This document shows positions 43,702 to 53,453 of a DNA stretch of 64,000 nucleotides, piece by piece. Positions within the stretch are counted from its first letter, which is position 1, and each line of letters begins with the position of its first letter. The notes under the pieces are model-generated. The model saw nothing but the letters and a program-made list of their open reading frames with translations. It made no database searches and was not told the DNA's origin. Source of the DNA: Coleofasciculaceae cyanobacterium (GTDB lineage Bacteria; Cyanobacteriota; Vampirovibrionia; Vampirovibrionales; Vampirovibrionaceae); NCBI GenBank assembly GCA_036703295.1, contig DATNPJ010000034.1, positions 262,451 through 326,450 of the forward strand, in the 5' to 3' direction. Both the position numbers and the translations under genes were made by a program.

Positions 43702-44073
43702 TTAACGGAAACAGCGTTCCATCCGGTTTTTGAGATCCTGGTAGCTGGCTGTCACGCTGCCGTTACGGGCAATGAACACCAGTGTTCGGTACCGGTAAAC
43801 CGCTTCGCGCTTTTCCGTCAGCAGAAACGTACGCACCAGCTCGCGCAGTCGCCGCTTGATGAGGTTGCGATGCGTGGAATTCTTGTGCACTTTCTTGCTG
43901 ACGATGAAACCGACCCGAGGTTCGGTCTTGGAAACGACAACGACAGATGGCCCCGCAGCTGGATTGGCTGCAAGGCCATAAAGAACAAAGCAATCATTGG
44001 CGCAAATTCGCCGTCCTGCCAGCGTCCGTTTGAAATCCCGCGGGGATTTCAGCCGATGGGCTTTCTTGAGCAT
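43702..44073 (-). CDS. rnpA: ribonuclease P protein component
   Basis: ML.K.HRL....DF, RVGF.VSKKV.K....RN.IKRRLRE. Confidence 0.92.
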   Translation of the reverse strand: MLKKAHRLKSPRDFKRTLAGRRICANDCFVLYGLAANPAAGPSVVVVSKTEPRVGFIVSKKVHKNSTHRNLIKRRLRELVRTFLLTEKREAVYRYRTLVFIARNGSVTASYQDLKNRMERCFR

Positions 44074-44098
44074 GATGCGCCGCGATCAGAAGTGATCG

Positions 44099-44233
44099 TT
44101 AGATGGCAATCTTGTGGCGGCCTTTGGCCCGGCGACGGTTGAGGGTGCGCTGCCCACCGGGGGTGGCCATTCTGGCGCGGAAACCGCTCACGCGACGTCT
44201 TTTGCGTTGTGTCCCTTCCAGGGTGCGTTTCAT
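44099..44233 (-). CDS. rpmH: 50S ribosomal protein L34 (not in ORF track)
   Basis: Hand translation gives [44 protein letters not shown]; GGAG RBS upstream. Confidence 0.97.
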   Translation of the reverse strand: MKRTLEGTQRKRRRVSGFRARMATPGGQRTLNRRRAKGRHKIAI

Positions 44234-44674
44234 GGGGAGATCTCCTAATTGATGAGCGCTTTTTTTCAGCAGTGAGGATCATTATATTTACCACAAAGAT
44301 CTTTTAACAGGTTGCAAAAAATCTTTATGTTAAAGCTTTGATACGCTTGCGTAACAGCGCAAGCCTCTATGCTAAACTAAATTCCCGAGGAACGGCAAGG
44401 GGAGTTTTCCTGTGTCGATCCCGGCTCCGCCCGCTGTGACGGGCATCAGCTCCAGGTAAACTCGTCAAGGGAATGGTATTTAAAGAGAGGACTGGGTCCC
44501 GAAGGTTTCCAACAAGCCTTTCGGTCAAAAATGGGCTGCTTGCGCCGGTTTTCCGTGCGCCCTAATTCTTGGGCTCGATTTTTGGAAAGGTCTTTTGGAA
44601 AGCCATTTCCGGACGCGCGACCCTGGCGGAAAAATGGTTAGAGTGACAGTATTACAAGGAACTCACGACATCTG

Positions 44675-46057
44675 ATGGCAACGCTTGTCTCACCGGTCAA
44701 TCACCCTCAAACGGATCTCGAAAGCCTCTGGCAGGCCGCCCAGGAAATTCTGAAGGGCCGCATGAGCCAGCCCAGCTTCGAGACCTGGATTGTCCCGTTG
44801 CAGATTGAAGCGGCCGATGTGAAAACCATCACTCTCCAGGCGGAAAGTGACTTTAACCGGGATTTGATCCTGAAACGCTACCGAACGGAATTGAAAGAAG
44901 CCTTTGCCGAGGTGCTGGGCCGCCCGATGGAAGTGGCCGTGGTGGTCGTGGAACCGACAACCATCCAAGCCGAGGATTCTGAAGCGGTTGAGGCCGGTGC
45001 CCGGGAACTTCCCCAGCGTGCCTGGACGCCCCGGACCACCACCAGCAACCTCAATCCGCGCTACACCTTTGAAGCCTTTGTGGTGGGCCAGCACAACCGT
45101 TTTTGTCACGCGGCGGCGCTGGCCGTGGCCGAGACTCCGGCCCAGAGCTACAATCCTTTCTTTATCTATGGTGGCGTCGGTCTGGGCAAGACCCACCTGA
45201 TGCAAGCCATCGGGCACTTCGTGCTGCAGCACCACCCTGATTTGAAAGTGCGCTACGTCACCGCCGAGCAGTTCACCAACGACATGATTAACGCGCTGGG
45301 CAAGAAGGACATGAAAGGCTTCCAGGATCGCTACCGGCGCAACGACATCCTGATTATCGACGATGTTCAGTTCCTGGAAGGCAAGACCCGCACGCAGGAA
45401 GAAGTGTTCCATACTTTTAACGCCTTGCATGAAGCCGGAAAACAGGTGATTCTGTCCAGCGACCGGCCTCCGAACCGGCTTTCTCAACTGGAAGACCGTC
45501 TGCGCAGCCGTTTTAGCTGGGGCTTGATTGCCGACATCCAGCCAGCCGACTTCGAGACCCGCTTGGCCATTCTGCAAGGCAAGGCCGAACGGGAAAAGTT
45601 CGCGGTGGGCATGGATGTGCTCTCATATATTGCCGAGACCCATCCCACCAACATCCGAGAATTGGAAGGCGCTTTGAACAAAGTGGCCGCCTACGGCATG
45701 CTCACCCGCACCCCCGTGGATCTGGTGATTGCTCAGACCGTGCTGGGCGCGCCGGTGGATACCGCCCGCATCTCGCTGGAGGAGATTCTGGACGCCGTGG
45801 CTGCCTACTATCACATGCGCACCGTGGATTTAAAAAGCCCCTCGCGGGCCAAGGATGTCTCCCACGCGCGGCAAGTGGCCATTTTTACCATCCGAACACT
45901 CACCGAGGCCAGCTTTCCCAAGATTGGCACCCTGCTGGGTGGCCGTAAGCACACCACCGTGCTGTATGCCTACGAGAAAATCCGCGAAGAAATGGAACAC
46001 CACCCCGTCCTCAAGCAGCAAATCGAGGAAATCAAGGGACGAATCAAGGCCCGTTGA
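44675..46057 (+). CDS. dnaA: chromosomal replication initiator DnaA
   Basis: LNP.YTF..FVVG..N, YNP.FIYGGVGLGKTHL, IDD.QF, SDRPP, RL.SRF.WGL, NIRELEGAL, domain IV ARQVA.F and GGRKHTTV.YA. Confidence 0.97.
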   Translation: MATLVSPVNHPQTDLESLWQAAQEILKGRMSQPSFETWIVPLQIEAADVKTITLQAESDFNRDLILKRYRTELKEAFAEVLGRPMEVAVVVVEPTTIQAEDSEAVEAGARELPQRAWTPRTTTSNLNPRYTFEAFVVGQHNRFCHAAALAVAETPAQSYNPFFIYGGVGLGKTHLMQAIGHFVLQHHPDLKVRYVTAEQFTNDMINALGKKDMKGFQDRYRRNDILIIDDVQFLEGKTRTQEEVFHTFNALHEAGKQVILSSDRPPNRLSQLEDRLRSRFSWGLIADIQPADFETRLAILQGKAEREKFAVGMDVLSYIAETHPTNIRELEGALNKVAAYGMLTRTPVDLVIAQTVLGAPVDTARISLEEILDAVAAYYHMRTVDLKSPSRAKDVSHARQVAIFTIRTLTEASFPKIGTLLGGRKHTTVLYAYEKIREEMEHHPVLKQQIEEIKGRIKAR

Positions 46058-46137
46058 AGATTTTTGAGGTGCCAGGCAATTTTCAAAATTCAGGTGCTTT
46101 GTCTGCTTGGAAATCATTAGTTTGAAAGGAATTCCAC

Positions 46138-46380
46138 ATGAACTTACCTCCTCTGTCTCCCGATCATTTTCAAATGATGAGACTTTCCCAAGGGTTTGAA
46201 GGATGGGGGAACCATCATCAAACATATTTGGTCCCGAGACTACAACCTAACTCTATTGGGTACTCGATTCCTCTTGTATTAACCTCAACGGACAAGCATG
46301 GCGCATATCAGATTTTTCCACCAGCAAGTCGTCAGCCTGGGAAACTTGAGCTTGCAGACGACCAATTCATAAAGAGATAG
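46138..46380 (+). CDS. small AT-rich hypothetical protein (80 aa)
   Basis: GAAAGGA RBS 7 nt before the ATG; no recognisable motif. Confidence 0.45.
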   Translation: MNLPPLSPDHFQMMRLSQGFEGWGNHHQTYLVPRLQPNSIGYSIPLVLTSTDKHGAYQIFPPASRQPGKLELADDQFIKR

Positions 46381-46436
46381 TTTTTAAAAACATTTTTCGC
46401 CTAAGGTTGCTTTGGTTCGTACTATCCGTACATAGG

Positions 46437-47714
46437 CTATAGGTTCTCTAAAATGCGTTGGAGAGCTAGCCTCGTATGCGCGTAAGTCAACCCGCCTTGC
46501 AGGTACACCGCATACGGCGCGCGTAACGGGCCGTCGGCGGAGAGTTCCAGCGTCGAACCATCAATGAAGGTGCCGCCGGCCATGACCACTTCATCGGCAT
46601 AGCCGGGCGGGTTGGCGGGGATGGGGGTGATGTGGCTATTGATGGGGCTGAGGCTCTGCAACACCTGGCAAAAGCGAACCAGCTTTTGGGGATCCCGCAG
46701 GGTGAGAATCTGGATGATATCTCTGCGACTGTCCTGCCAGTGGGGAGCCGTGTCGTATCCGGCGGATTCAAACAGTTTGGCGGCCAGCGTCATGCCTTTC
46801 AGGGCTTCTTTCACCACGCCGGGTGCGAGATACAGGCCTTGCAGCAGCACGCGGGTCAGGTCAAACGTGTAGCCCCCTTCGGCGCCCACGCCGGGGCAGG
46901 TCAAAACATCCGCGCAGGCTTCAATCAAATCAGCCCGACCGGCCACATAGCCGCCGGTGGGTACAATGCCCCCGCCGGGGTTTTTAATCAGCGAGCCCGC
47001 GATGAGATCCGCGCCCACGGCGGTGGGCTCCCGGTCCTGGGTGAATTCGCCGTAACAGTTATCCACCATCACGATGGCGTTGGGGTTGATATGTTTCACT
47101 TGAGCAATCAAGGTTTCCAGTTGGGCAATGGTCAGCGATGGTCGCAGGCTGTAGCCTCGGGAGCGCTGAATGAAGACCAGGTTCGCCTGGGAAATCTCTT
47201 CGGCTTCCGGTTCGTTGAAAGTCTCGCTCACCCGGTAGCTGGTAGCATTGTCCGGGTCGCCTTCCTGCCGGAAAACGGAAATTTCCCGGTAGGTCACTCC
47301 GCGTGCGGCCAGCGATTGCCGGTTGTTGCCGCGCAGGCCGATGACCTCTTCCATCGTGTCGTAAGGCCGCCCGGTGATGGACAGCATGGTGTCCCCCGCA
47401 TTCAGGCAGCCGTTTAGGCCCACGCTTAGCGCGTGCGTGCCGGAAACCATCTGCAGACGCACCAGCGCGGCTTCGGCCTGCAAGGCATCGGCAAACACGG
47501 CATCCGTGACCGTGCGTCCCAAGTCATCATGCCCGTAGCCGGTGACGGATAGAAAATGCTCCTCACCCACTTTGTGGCGGATAAAAGCATTCAGCACCCG
47601 CTCAAAGGTATGGTGATAGGTGGCTTCCAGTTGGGGCCAGACGGTTTCAGCCAGAATGGTTTCGGCTTCTTTAAGCGGTGAGCTGAGCGAGAGGGGCGAC
47701 ATGGGGATTCTCAT
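46437..47714 (-). CDS. PLP-dependent methionine gamma-lyase-family / YnbB-like protein
   Basis: TGYG.DDLGR, VSGTHAL, TG.PYDT.EEVIG, IQRSRGYS.R, VDNCYGEF, GSLIKNPGGG (PLP Lys), MAGGTF..G...ELSADGP.R.P. Confidence 0.88.
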   Translation of the reverse strand: MRIPMSPLSLSSPLKEAETILAETVWPQLEATYHHTFERVLNAFIRHKVGEEHFLSVTGYGHDDLGRTVTDAVFADALQAEAALVRLQMVSGTHALSVGLNGCLNAGDTMLSITGRPYDTMEEVIGLRGNNRQSLAARGVTYREISVFRQEGDPDNATSYRVSETFNEPEAEEISQANLVFIQRSRGYSLRPSLTIAQLETLIAQVKHINPNAIVMVDNCYGEFTQDREPTAVGADLIAGSLIKNPGGGIVPTGGYVAGRADLIEACADVLTCPGVGAEGGYTFDLTRVLLQGLYLAPGVVKEALKGMTLAAKLFESAGYDTAPHWQDSRRDIIQILTLRDPQKLVRFCQVLQSLSPINSHITPIPANPPGYADEVVMAGGTFIDGSTLELSADGPLRAPYAVYLQGGLTYAHTRLALQRILENL

Positions 47715-47796
47715 ACAATAAACACAACGTTTTGCCTGAAAGGCATAGTTTTATTTATAATCTTCAAGTTTAATATGACGGTGGAATGGATTCATC

Positions 47797-48099
47797 ATGA
47801 TGCAGATACCTCTGTGGCCTTTTGCTAAAGTGGAAGAGGACGTCAAAAAGAGACAAAAGAGGGTTTTAGGCGCTGGCGTATTGGCTTGTGTTCTTGCGGT
47901 AGGTGGTGATAAGGGTGCAGAAGTGGCCGCCGATACTTATGTTCAGCATCATTATCCGACAATGGAAGCTGGTATGCGAGAGAAGATAACGAATGGCATT
48001 GGCACTTTGTTTTTTTTGCTTGCTGGCAGCCTAGGTGGCCTGAACCTCTTGCGAGTCAGTTATAAGATGCTTAAAGAACAACAGGCAGATTCGAAATAG
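47797..48099 (+). CDS. small hypothetical membrane protein (100 aa)
   Basis: Two hydrophobic segments; followed by a terminator. Confidence 0.6.
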   Translation: MMQIPLWPFAKVEEDVKKRQKRVLGAGVLACVLAVGGDKGAEVAADTYVQHHYPTMEAGMREKITNGIGTLFFLLAGSLGGLNLLRVSYKMLKEQQADSK

Positions 48100-48179
48100 A
48101 CACCCCAATGGATTATTGCTGTGTGCACCCAGAGAATAGATATCTGCTGCCAAGTTTCGTGCGTTTTTTATAGATGCAA

Positions 48180-48205
48180 AAGAGCCTCCCATCCGGGAGG
48201 CTCTT
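48180..48205. terminator. bidirectional intrinsic terminator
   Basis: AAGAGCCTCCC-atcc-GGGAGGCTCTT (11-bp stem) between convergent small genes. Confidence 0.85.
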
Positions 48206-48241
48206 CAAAACCCTAGCGTTCTGTCCCTTGTGTCTATGAAG

Positions 48242-48397
48242 CTATTTCACGCTGACCAGGTGTGGCGTAACGCCCAGTTCGCTTTGGAGCATTTTGGCCT
48301 TGGCATAGGCCATGGTCCGGCGTTTTTCGGCGCCCTTGATGACAAAATGGACCGGAAAAGCTGTATTTTTGCTGGGTTTACGCTGATTGCTCGTCAT
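48242..48397 (-). CDS. small basic protein (51 aa, not in ORF track)
   Basis: Hand translation MTSNQRKPSKNTAFPVHFVIKGAEKRRTMAYAKAKMLQSELGVTPHLVSVK*; GGAGG upstream, sigma-28-type promoter, terminator downstream. Confidence 0.68.
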   Translation of the reverse strand: MTSNQRKPSKNTAFPVHFVIKGAEKRRTMAYAKAKMLQSELGVTPHLVSVK

Positions 48398-48439
48398 GTT
48401 TTAAACTCTGCCTCCGCCGTCGGGTCTCTGTAATAATGG

Positions 48440-48466
48440 CTATCGACGAGCCGGCAAAAATCTTTA
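48440..48466 (-). promoter_or_regulatory. sigma-28-type promoter
   Basis: Minus strand reads TAAAGATT-N11-GTCGATAG, 43 nt upstream of the 51-aa ORF. Confidence 0.72.
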
Positions 48467-48741
48467 ACGAAAGGGTGAAAATCTCGCGCAAAAAGATTAA
48501 TATTTGTTTACAGGTGCCGTCATTGCTTGTTAAAGCCATCGTCAGGCATCCGGACAGGCAGAAGAATTGCTATCGTTTATAATGGTAAGGCGTCGGCTTC
48601 CCCCCGGCCCGCTATGAGAAATACAAGAACCGGATCAGAGGCCTATGATAGACTTCTTTCGACAGCATTCCCGCTGGATAGCGGCAATAATGGTGCTTTC
48701 ATTCTTGCTAACCTCCTTTATCGTCCTTTTCTGACTTGTTT

Positions 48742-49917
48742 ATGAGCATATTTCCCGGAACGAGAGCGCTTAAAAGTTTCCTCTGCCTGCTATTGGCGGT
48801 GGGTTTGATGTGCGGTGCCGTGCCGGGTGGCTTTGCGGATAATCGCAGTCGTCTCCAGGAATTGCAGGGTAAAACTCGGTCAGTGAAGGCCCAGGCCGCC
48901 GAGATGCGTCGGAAGAAATACGAAAAAATGCGTGCCGCGCAGCGCGTCAGCATGAACATCGCGGCCAACCAGCAGCGTTTGGAGCGTGAAAAGCGTTCCC
49001 TGAAGTTTCATGAACAGCGCTTGGGCCAGACCAAGGACAGGCTAGTGTACCTGGATGACCGGCTGGACCGGACTATGGGCGATGCCATGCGGCTGGGACA
49101 GGATGCCGGACAAAGGCTGCGGAGCCTGTACATGGGTGAGCGCCTCAGCATGCTGCAAATGATTCTGGAAGCCAATGATCTCTCTACGCTGCTGGATCGG
49201 ATCTACTATAAAAAGCAGATTATGGCGCAGGACAAGCGGGTGCTGGACAATTTGCGCTCTAAAATCCAGGAGTTGAACGGTCTGAAGACGGAACTGGCCC
49301 GTCAAAAGACGCTGATTGGGCAGACCATTGCCACCATCCGAGTGAAAAATGTTGAAATACAGCGCTCTATTTCTATCGATCGGGTTTTGCGTGACAAGTA
49401 TAAAAACGATGCCGCTTTCTATGATCGCGCGGAATCAGAGCTTTTGGCCGAATCCGCGAATATTACCTCTCAAATTCGGGCTCTGACGTCCCGGCGCTCA
49501 TTCCGACAGGTTCGTGGCAGTACGGGCAGCTTTATTTGGCCAATCAGCGGATCGATTTCCTCCGGTTTCGGGTCTCGTTTTCACCCGATCCACAGGCGCA
49601 CCAAGATGCATACCGGTCTGGATATTGCCGGTCCCAACCGGGGAGCGGTCCGCGCCGCAGATGGCGGCCAGGTCATTTGGGCTGGTTGGAAAGGCGGGTA
49701 CGGAAAGGCCATCATGATTAACCACGGTACCCGGAACGGTCGGAACCTGGTCACTCTGTACGGCCATTTGTCCTCAATTTCAGTATCATCCGGGGAAAAT
49801 GTTTCCAAGGGACAGGTGATTGGCGCGGAAGGCTCCACGGGATACTCAACTGGGCCGCATTTGCACTTTGAGGTCCGGGTGGATGGCGCGCCCGTCAATC
49901 CGATGGGCTACCTGTAG
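48742..49917 (+). CDS. coiled-coil plus M23 peptidase (EnvC/NlpD-like murein hydrolase or activator)
   Basis: Signal peptide and long coiled coil; WP..G.ISS.FG.R.HP, HTGLD, T.YGHL, STGPHLHFEVR. Zn ligands appear intact. Confidence 0.9.
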   Translation: MSIFPGTRALKSFLCLLLAVGLMCGAVPGGFADNRSRLQELQGKTRSVKAQAAEMRRKKYEKMRAAQRVSMNIAANQQRLEREKRSLKFHEQRLGQTKDRLVYLDDRLDRTMGDAMRLGQDAGQRLRSLYMGERLSMLQMILEANDLSTLLDRIYYKKQIMAQDKRVLDNLRSKIQELNGLKTELARQKTLIGQTIATIRVKNVEIQRSISIDRVLRDKYKNDAAFYDRAESELLAESANITSQIRALTSRRSFRQVRGSTGSFIWPISGSISSGFGSRFHPIHRRTKMHTGLDIAGPNRGAVRAADGGQVIWAGWKGGYGKAIMINHGTRNGRNLVTLYGHLSSISVSSGENVSKGQVIGAEGSTGYSTGPHLHFEVRVDGAPVNPMGYL

Positions 49918-50133
49918 ACTGGTGGCGGCAGCGTGATCGTGGAAGGCAATCCGGGAAGCCCAACCGTTTTTGTTCAGAAAAAGTCTGGTAGAATATTGAC
50001 GTGTTAAGAAGATATTAAAATTATTTCCGAAACTCGTTAGAACTTTTTTTTGCTCGTGGCATCATTGACTCTCAACAGCAAAACTCAGCTATCATGCCTG
50101 GGCCCGCTCGCTAACAAATATAAGGATTTTCCT

Positions 50134-52302
50134 ATGACTCTCCCTCTCCGCGTGGAACCGCATCCGATGAGAAACTGGCCGATTGCCTCCATCCCGTTGC
50201 TTCCCCGGACGGCTGTGGGTTTGATGGTGTTGGTCAGCCTGGGTTGCGGCCTGCCTGCGAGAGCCCAGTTGGTCAACGATCCGGCGGAGACGATCATTTT
50301 CAACGGCAACTCCCGCTTTGCGCCGGTGGAGAAAGACAAACTTCAGGAGAAAATCTCGGTTGAGACCGAAAAAGCCTCCGGCAAGAAGAATGAGACTGCC
50401 AAGGTCGAACCTTTGCCATCGGAACTTCAGCCGGAAATGGACGTGCAGGATTCGCAAACCACCGAAGCGCTTCCGCCGCCGCCTCCAGCTGATGATGCCT
50501 TGCAAGCCAAAGCGGTGATTGTGGATATCAACAGCAACACGCTGAACTACGACAAGGATCGCGACGTTTATGTGGCGACCGGTGCGGTGCACATGGTTAT
50601 CTCCGAGCAGAATTCCGAGCTGTATGCCGATCGGTTGGTCTTTGACCAGAACCAGGACCTAGTGATTGCGGAAGGCAGCGTGACCATCATCAAGGCAGGC
50701 CAGAAAACGCACGGCAGCTATGCCAAGATTGATCTCGTGCGTAAGTCGGCCCTCATCAACGATGCCACCACGACGGTTTCTGCGGTGCGGGTCAAGGCCA
50801 AGCAGTATTTTGTCAGTCACGACGGCATCGAGATGGAAAACGGGCGCATGATCATCAGCGGCGCCCTGTACAGAAAGATGGCCAATGCGGGTGGTTTGGG
50901 CAACCTGGGCCAGACGACCGGCAAACGGGCCAACCAGGCTCGGTTGAATCGCGCCTACTCCAAGCGGGTGGTGGATAACCGGGAGATGTTCAATCAGCTG
51001 TCCATTGATCAGCAGATGATGCTGAGAAACGTGAATGCCAAAAAATCGGACGCGGAACAGTTTGACGAGAGCAAAGGCGCCGTTTCTCACCTGAACATGA
51101 GGGTGAAGGAACTGGAAGTCGTCCGGAACGAAGATGGTTACGATGAAATCACCATGAAGCGCCCCAGCTTGTACTGGAATAAGTTCAAGCTCTTCGGCTT
51201 CCCGGATACGGATTTCTCTTACGACCAGGAAGCCCAGCAGATTCAGTACCTGGGGCCGGATATCGGTTCCAACCGCTCCTATGGCGGTCTGTATGCTGGT
51301 CCGGGTTGGGATTTTCACGTGGGGCGCGGTTCCTTGCGCGTATCTCCTGTTGCAAGTTACGGTTCTCCCGGCTTCTGGTCCTCTAACGGGAAGGACGGCA
51401 AGAATATTTCTGCCGGTCCGGGTGTGGGCGGGGTGCTGCACTTCCGGGATCCGGACACCACCCTTGATCTCGCCTACAACAGCCGCGTCGGCTCTCCGGT
51501 GATGTTTCTGGACCGGCGGATATACGGGGACAACACCCACTTCATGGCGTCGGTGAACGATTTCTACAACAACGGTCTGCTGGGCCAGCGGGAACGTCCC
51601 AACTATATCGCCCAGATTACGGATTATCGGGTGCTGAAGGAGTACAAGAACTTCCAGCTGACTTCGTTCGAGAGTCTCGGCTATGCCCGGGACAACTTTT
51701 ATCCCAACTTCAAGGATACCTACTTCGTCGAATCCAAAGGCCGCCAGCTCCAGACGCTGGGCCGGGCCCAGTTGCAGTTCCAGGTCCAGAACGTGGCGCC
51801 CTTGCTGCGTATTGGTAAATATGGCTCGGTCGGTATGCGCGCCCAGTTAATCTCTTCTGCCTATTCATCCGGGGATTTTGCTGGGCTGGCTAGGATTGGC
51901 CCGACCATGAACCTGAACCTGCTGGGCAGTCGCTTGCAGTCCTCCTTGGGGTTCACGCTCAGCCACTCCGTGGGCGAATCGCCGTTTGTCTTTGACAGCT
52001 ACTACGGTGGTTCCCAGAACTTCTCCATGAACAACCTGTTCCGGGTGAACAAATATCTCAGCGTCGGAACCTCCAACAGCTTTGCTCTGAAGCGGGACAA
52101 CGCTCGCGGCGCCCTGGCGGTGGGCAACAGCGTTTACATGATGGTGGGACCGCAGGACGTCAAGGCCACCATCGGCTACGACGTCGTGAACGGGCGCTCT
52201 TACTTCGGTATCAACTACTATCCGGGCGCTTCCAACACCGTCATCAACTTCGACAAATTGCGCATGATGCAGCCTTCGGCCTATGCGCCCCCGCCCATCT
52301 AG
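50134..52302 (+). CDS. LptD/OstA-like outer-membrane LPS assembly protein
   Basis: N-terminal OstA-like jellyroll pattern (A.G.V.M....L.AD...FD...D...AEG.V), then an aromatic/Gly-rich beta-strand region. Confidence 0.55.
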   Translation: MTLPLRVEPHPMRNWPIASIPLLPRTAVGLMVLVSLGCGLPARAQLVNDPAETIIFNGNSRFAPVEKDKLQEKISVETEKASGKKNETAKVEPLPSELQPEMDVQDSQTTEALPPPPPADDALQAKAVIVDINSNTLNYDKDRDVYVATGAVHMVISEQNSELYADRLVFDQNQDLVIAEGSVTIIKAGQKTHGSYAKIDLVRKSALINDATTTVSAVRVKAKQYFVSHDGIEMENGRMIISGALYRKMANAGGLGNLGQTTGKRANQARLNRAYSKRVVDNREMFNQLSIDQQMMLRNVNAKKSDAEQFDESKGAVSHLNMRVKELEVVRNEDGYDEITMKRPSLYWNKFKLFGFPDTDFSYDQEAQQIQYLGPDIGSNRSYGGLYAGPGWDFHVGRGSLRVSPVASYGSPGFWSSNGKDGKNISAGPGVGGVLHFRDPDTTLDLAYNSRVGSPVMFLDRRIYGDNTHFMASVNDFYNNGLLGQRERPNYIAQITDYRVLKEYKNFQLTSFESLGYARDNFYPNFKDTYFVESKGRQLQTLGRAQLQFQVQNVAPLLRIGKYGSVGMRAQLISSAYSSGDFAGLARIGPTMNLNLLGSRLQSSLGFTLSHSVGESPFVFDSYYGGSQNFSMNNLFRVNKYLSVGTSNSFALKRDNARGALAVGNSVYMMVGPQDVKATIGYDVVNGRSYFGINYYPGASNTVINFDKLRMMQPSAYAPPPI

Positions 52303-52494
52303 GGATTGCGGAGTCAAGGCCCTGTCCTGCCTTCGGAATCGTTCCGGCAGCGGCCTGAAAAGGCATGCCAATATGGCTTTTTTTGTTTTACATTTTTGTT
52401 GCGGTTTTGGAAAGTCGGCTTTGGATTGTGCTAGACTAGCCTCGCTCGCAACACCAGAGACACTCCCTCAAAGTATCAATCCGGGAAAACATTT

Positions 52495-53409
52495 ATGACC
52501 CTTCGAGATTGGTTCGCATCCAAGCGTAATAAGTCCAAAAAGCTGGATGTAGCTGCCATGAATAACCGCCTTACGGACGAAGAGCTCTGCAAGCTTTGGA
52601 CTCAGTGCTTTAACTGCCATGAGAACCTGCCCACCAAGGATCTGGAGAGTAACTATCTGGTCTGCATGCATTGCGGCTACCACTTCCGGATTGGCGCGCA
52701 CAAGCGCATTTTGCAGCTGTGCGATGATTTTACCGAGATGGATGAAGACTTGACTCCCTCGGATCCGCTGGAATTCACGGACACCGAGCCCTATATCAAG
52801 CGTCAGGAAGATGCCCGCAATAAAAGCGGCCTGAATGAAGCCATTGTAACGGGTATCGGGCAGATCGGAAATGAGCAATTGGCTCTGGCTGTGATGGATT
52901 TCAGCTATCTGGGCGGCAGTATGGGCAGCGTGGTGGGCGAAAAAATCACCCGCCTCATTGAAAAAGCCCTGGAGCTGCGTTTGCCACTCGTGATTTTCTC
53001 CTCTTCCGGCGGCGCCCGGATGCAAGAAGGAACTTTTTCCTTGATGCAGATGGTAAAGACCGGCGCTGCGCTGGCCAAGCTGCACGAGGCGGGTCTGTTG
53101 TACCTTTCGGTGCTGACCGAACCCACCTTCGGTGGGGTGACGGCCAGCTTTGGGACATTGGGCGATATCATCATCGCCGAGGAAGGGGCCCGGATCGGTT
53201 TTGCCGGACGCCGGGTCATCGAGCAGACCATCCGGCAAAAGCTGCCCGCGGATTTCCAGACGGCCAACTACCTGTTGAACTATGGGCAGGTGGATATGGT
53301 ATTGAACCGCAGCGAGCTTCCCGGAATGATCGTCAACCTGATTCGCCTGCACCGGGAGTCTTCCGGACAGCAGCCGCTTGCACAACCGCTCAGCTCCTCG
53401 CCGGTTTAG
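52495..53409 (+). CDS. accD: acetyl-CoA carboxylase carboxyltransferase beta subunit
   Basis: C4 Zn finger (C..C / C..C), MDFS.LGGSMGSVVGEKI, SGGARMQEG, PTFGGVTASF, IGFAGRRVI. Confidence 0.96.
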   Translation: MTLRDWFASKRNKSKKLDVAAMNNRLTDEELCKLWTQCFNCHENLPTKDLESNYLVCMHCGYHFRIGAHKRILQLCDDFTEMDEDLTPSDPLEFTDTEPYIKRQEDARNKSGLNEAIVTGIGQIGNEQLALAVMDFSYLGGSMGSVVGEKITRLIEKALELRLPLVIFSSSGGARMQEGTFSLMQMVKTGAALAKLHEAGLLYLSVLTEPTFGGVTASFGTLGDIIIAEEGARIGFAGRRVIEQTIRQKLPADFQTANYLLNYGQVDMVLNRSELPGMIVNLIRLHRESSGQQPLAQPLSSSPV

Positions 53410-53453
53410 GAGGGGTTGCCTTGAGCGCCTTGCCATGTAAGGAATACTAGAAA

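Noticed and set aside
44380-44620. RNase P RNA (rnpB), suggested by GAGGAA, CCGGCTCC and GGTAAACTC fragments near rnpA
   Set aside because: The universal GAGGAAAGUCC and terminal AGAACCCGGCUUA (P4) elements are absent on both strands. Kept only as an unassigned structured leader.
48230-48433. 67-aa plus-strand ORF
   Set aside because: No RBS; it is the antisense shadow of the 51-aa minus-strand gene, which has a promoter, RBS and terminator.
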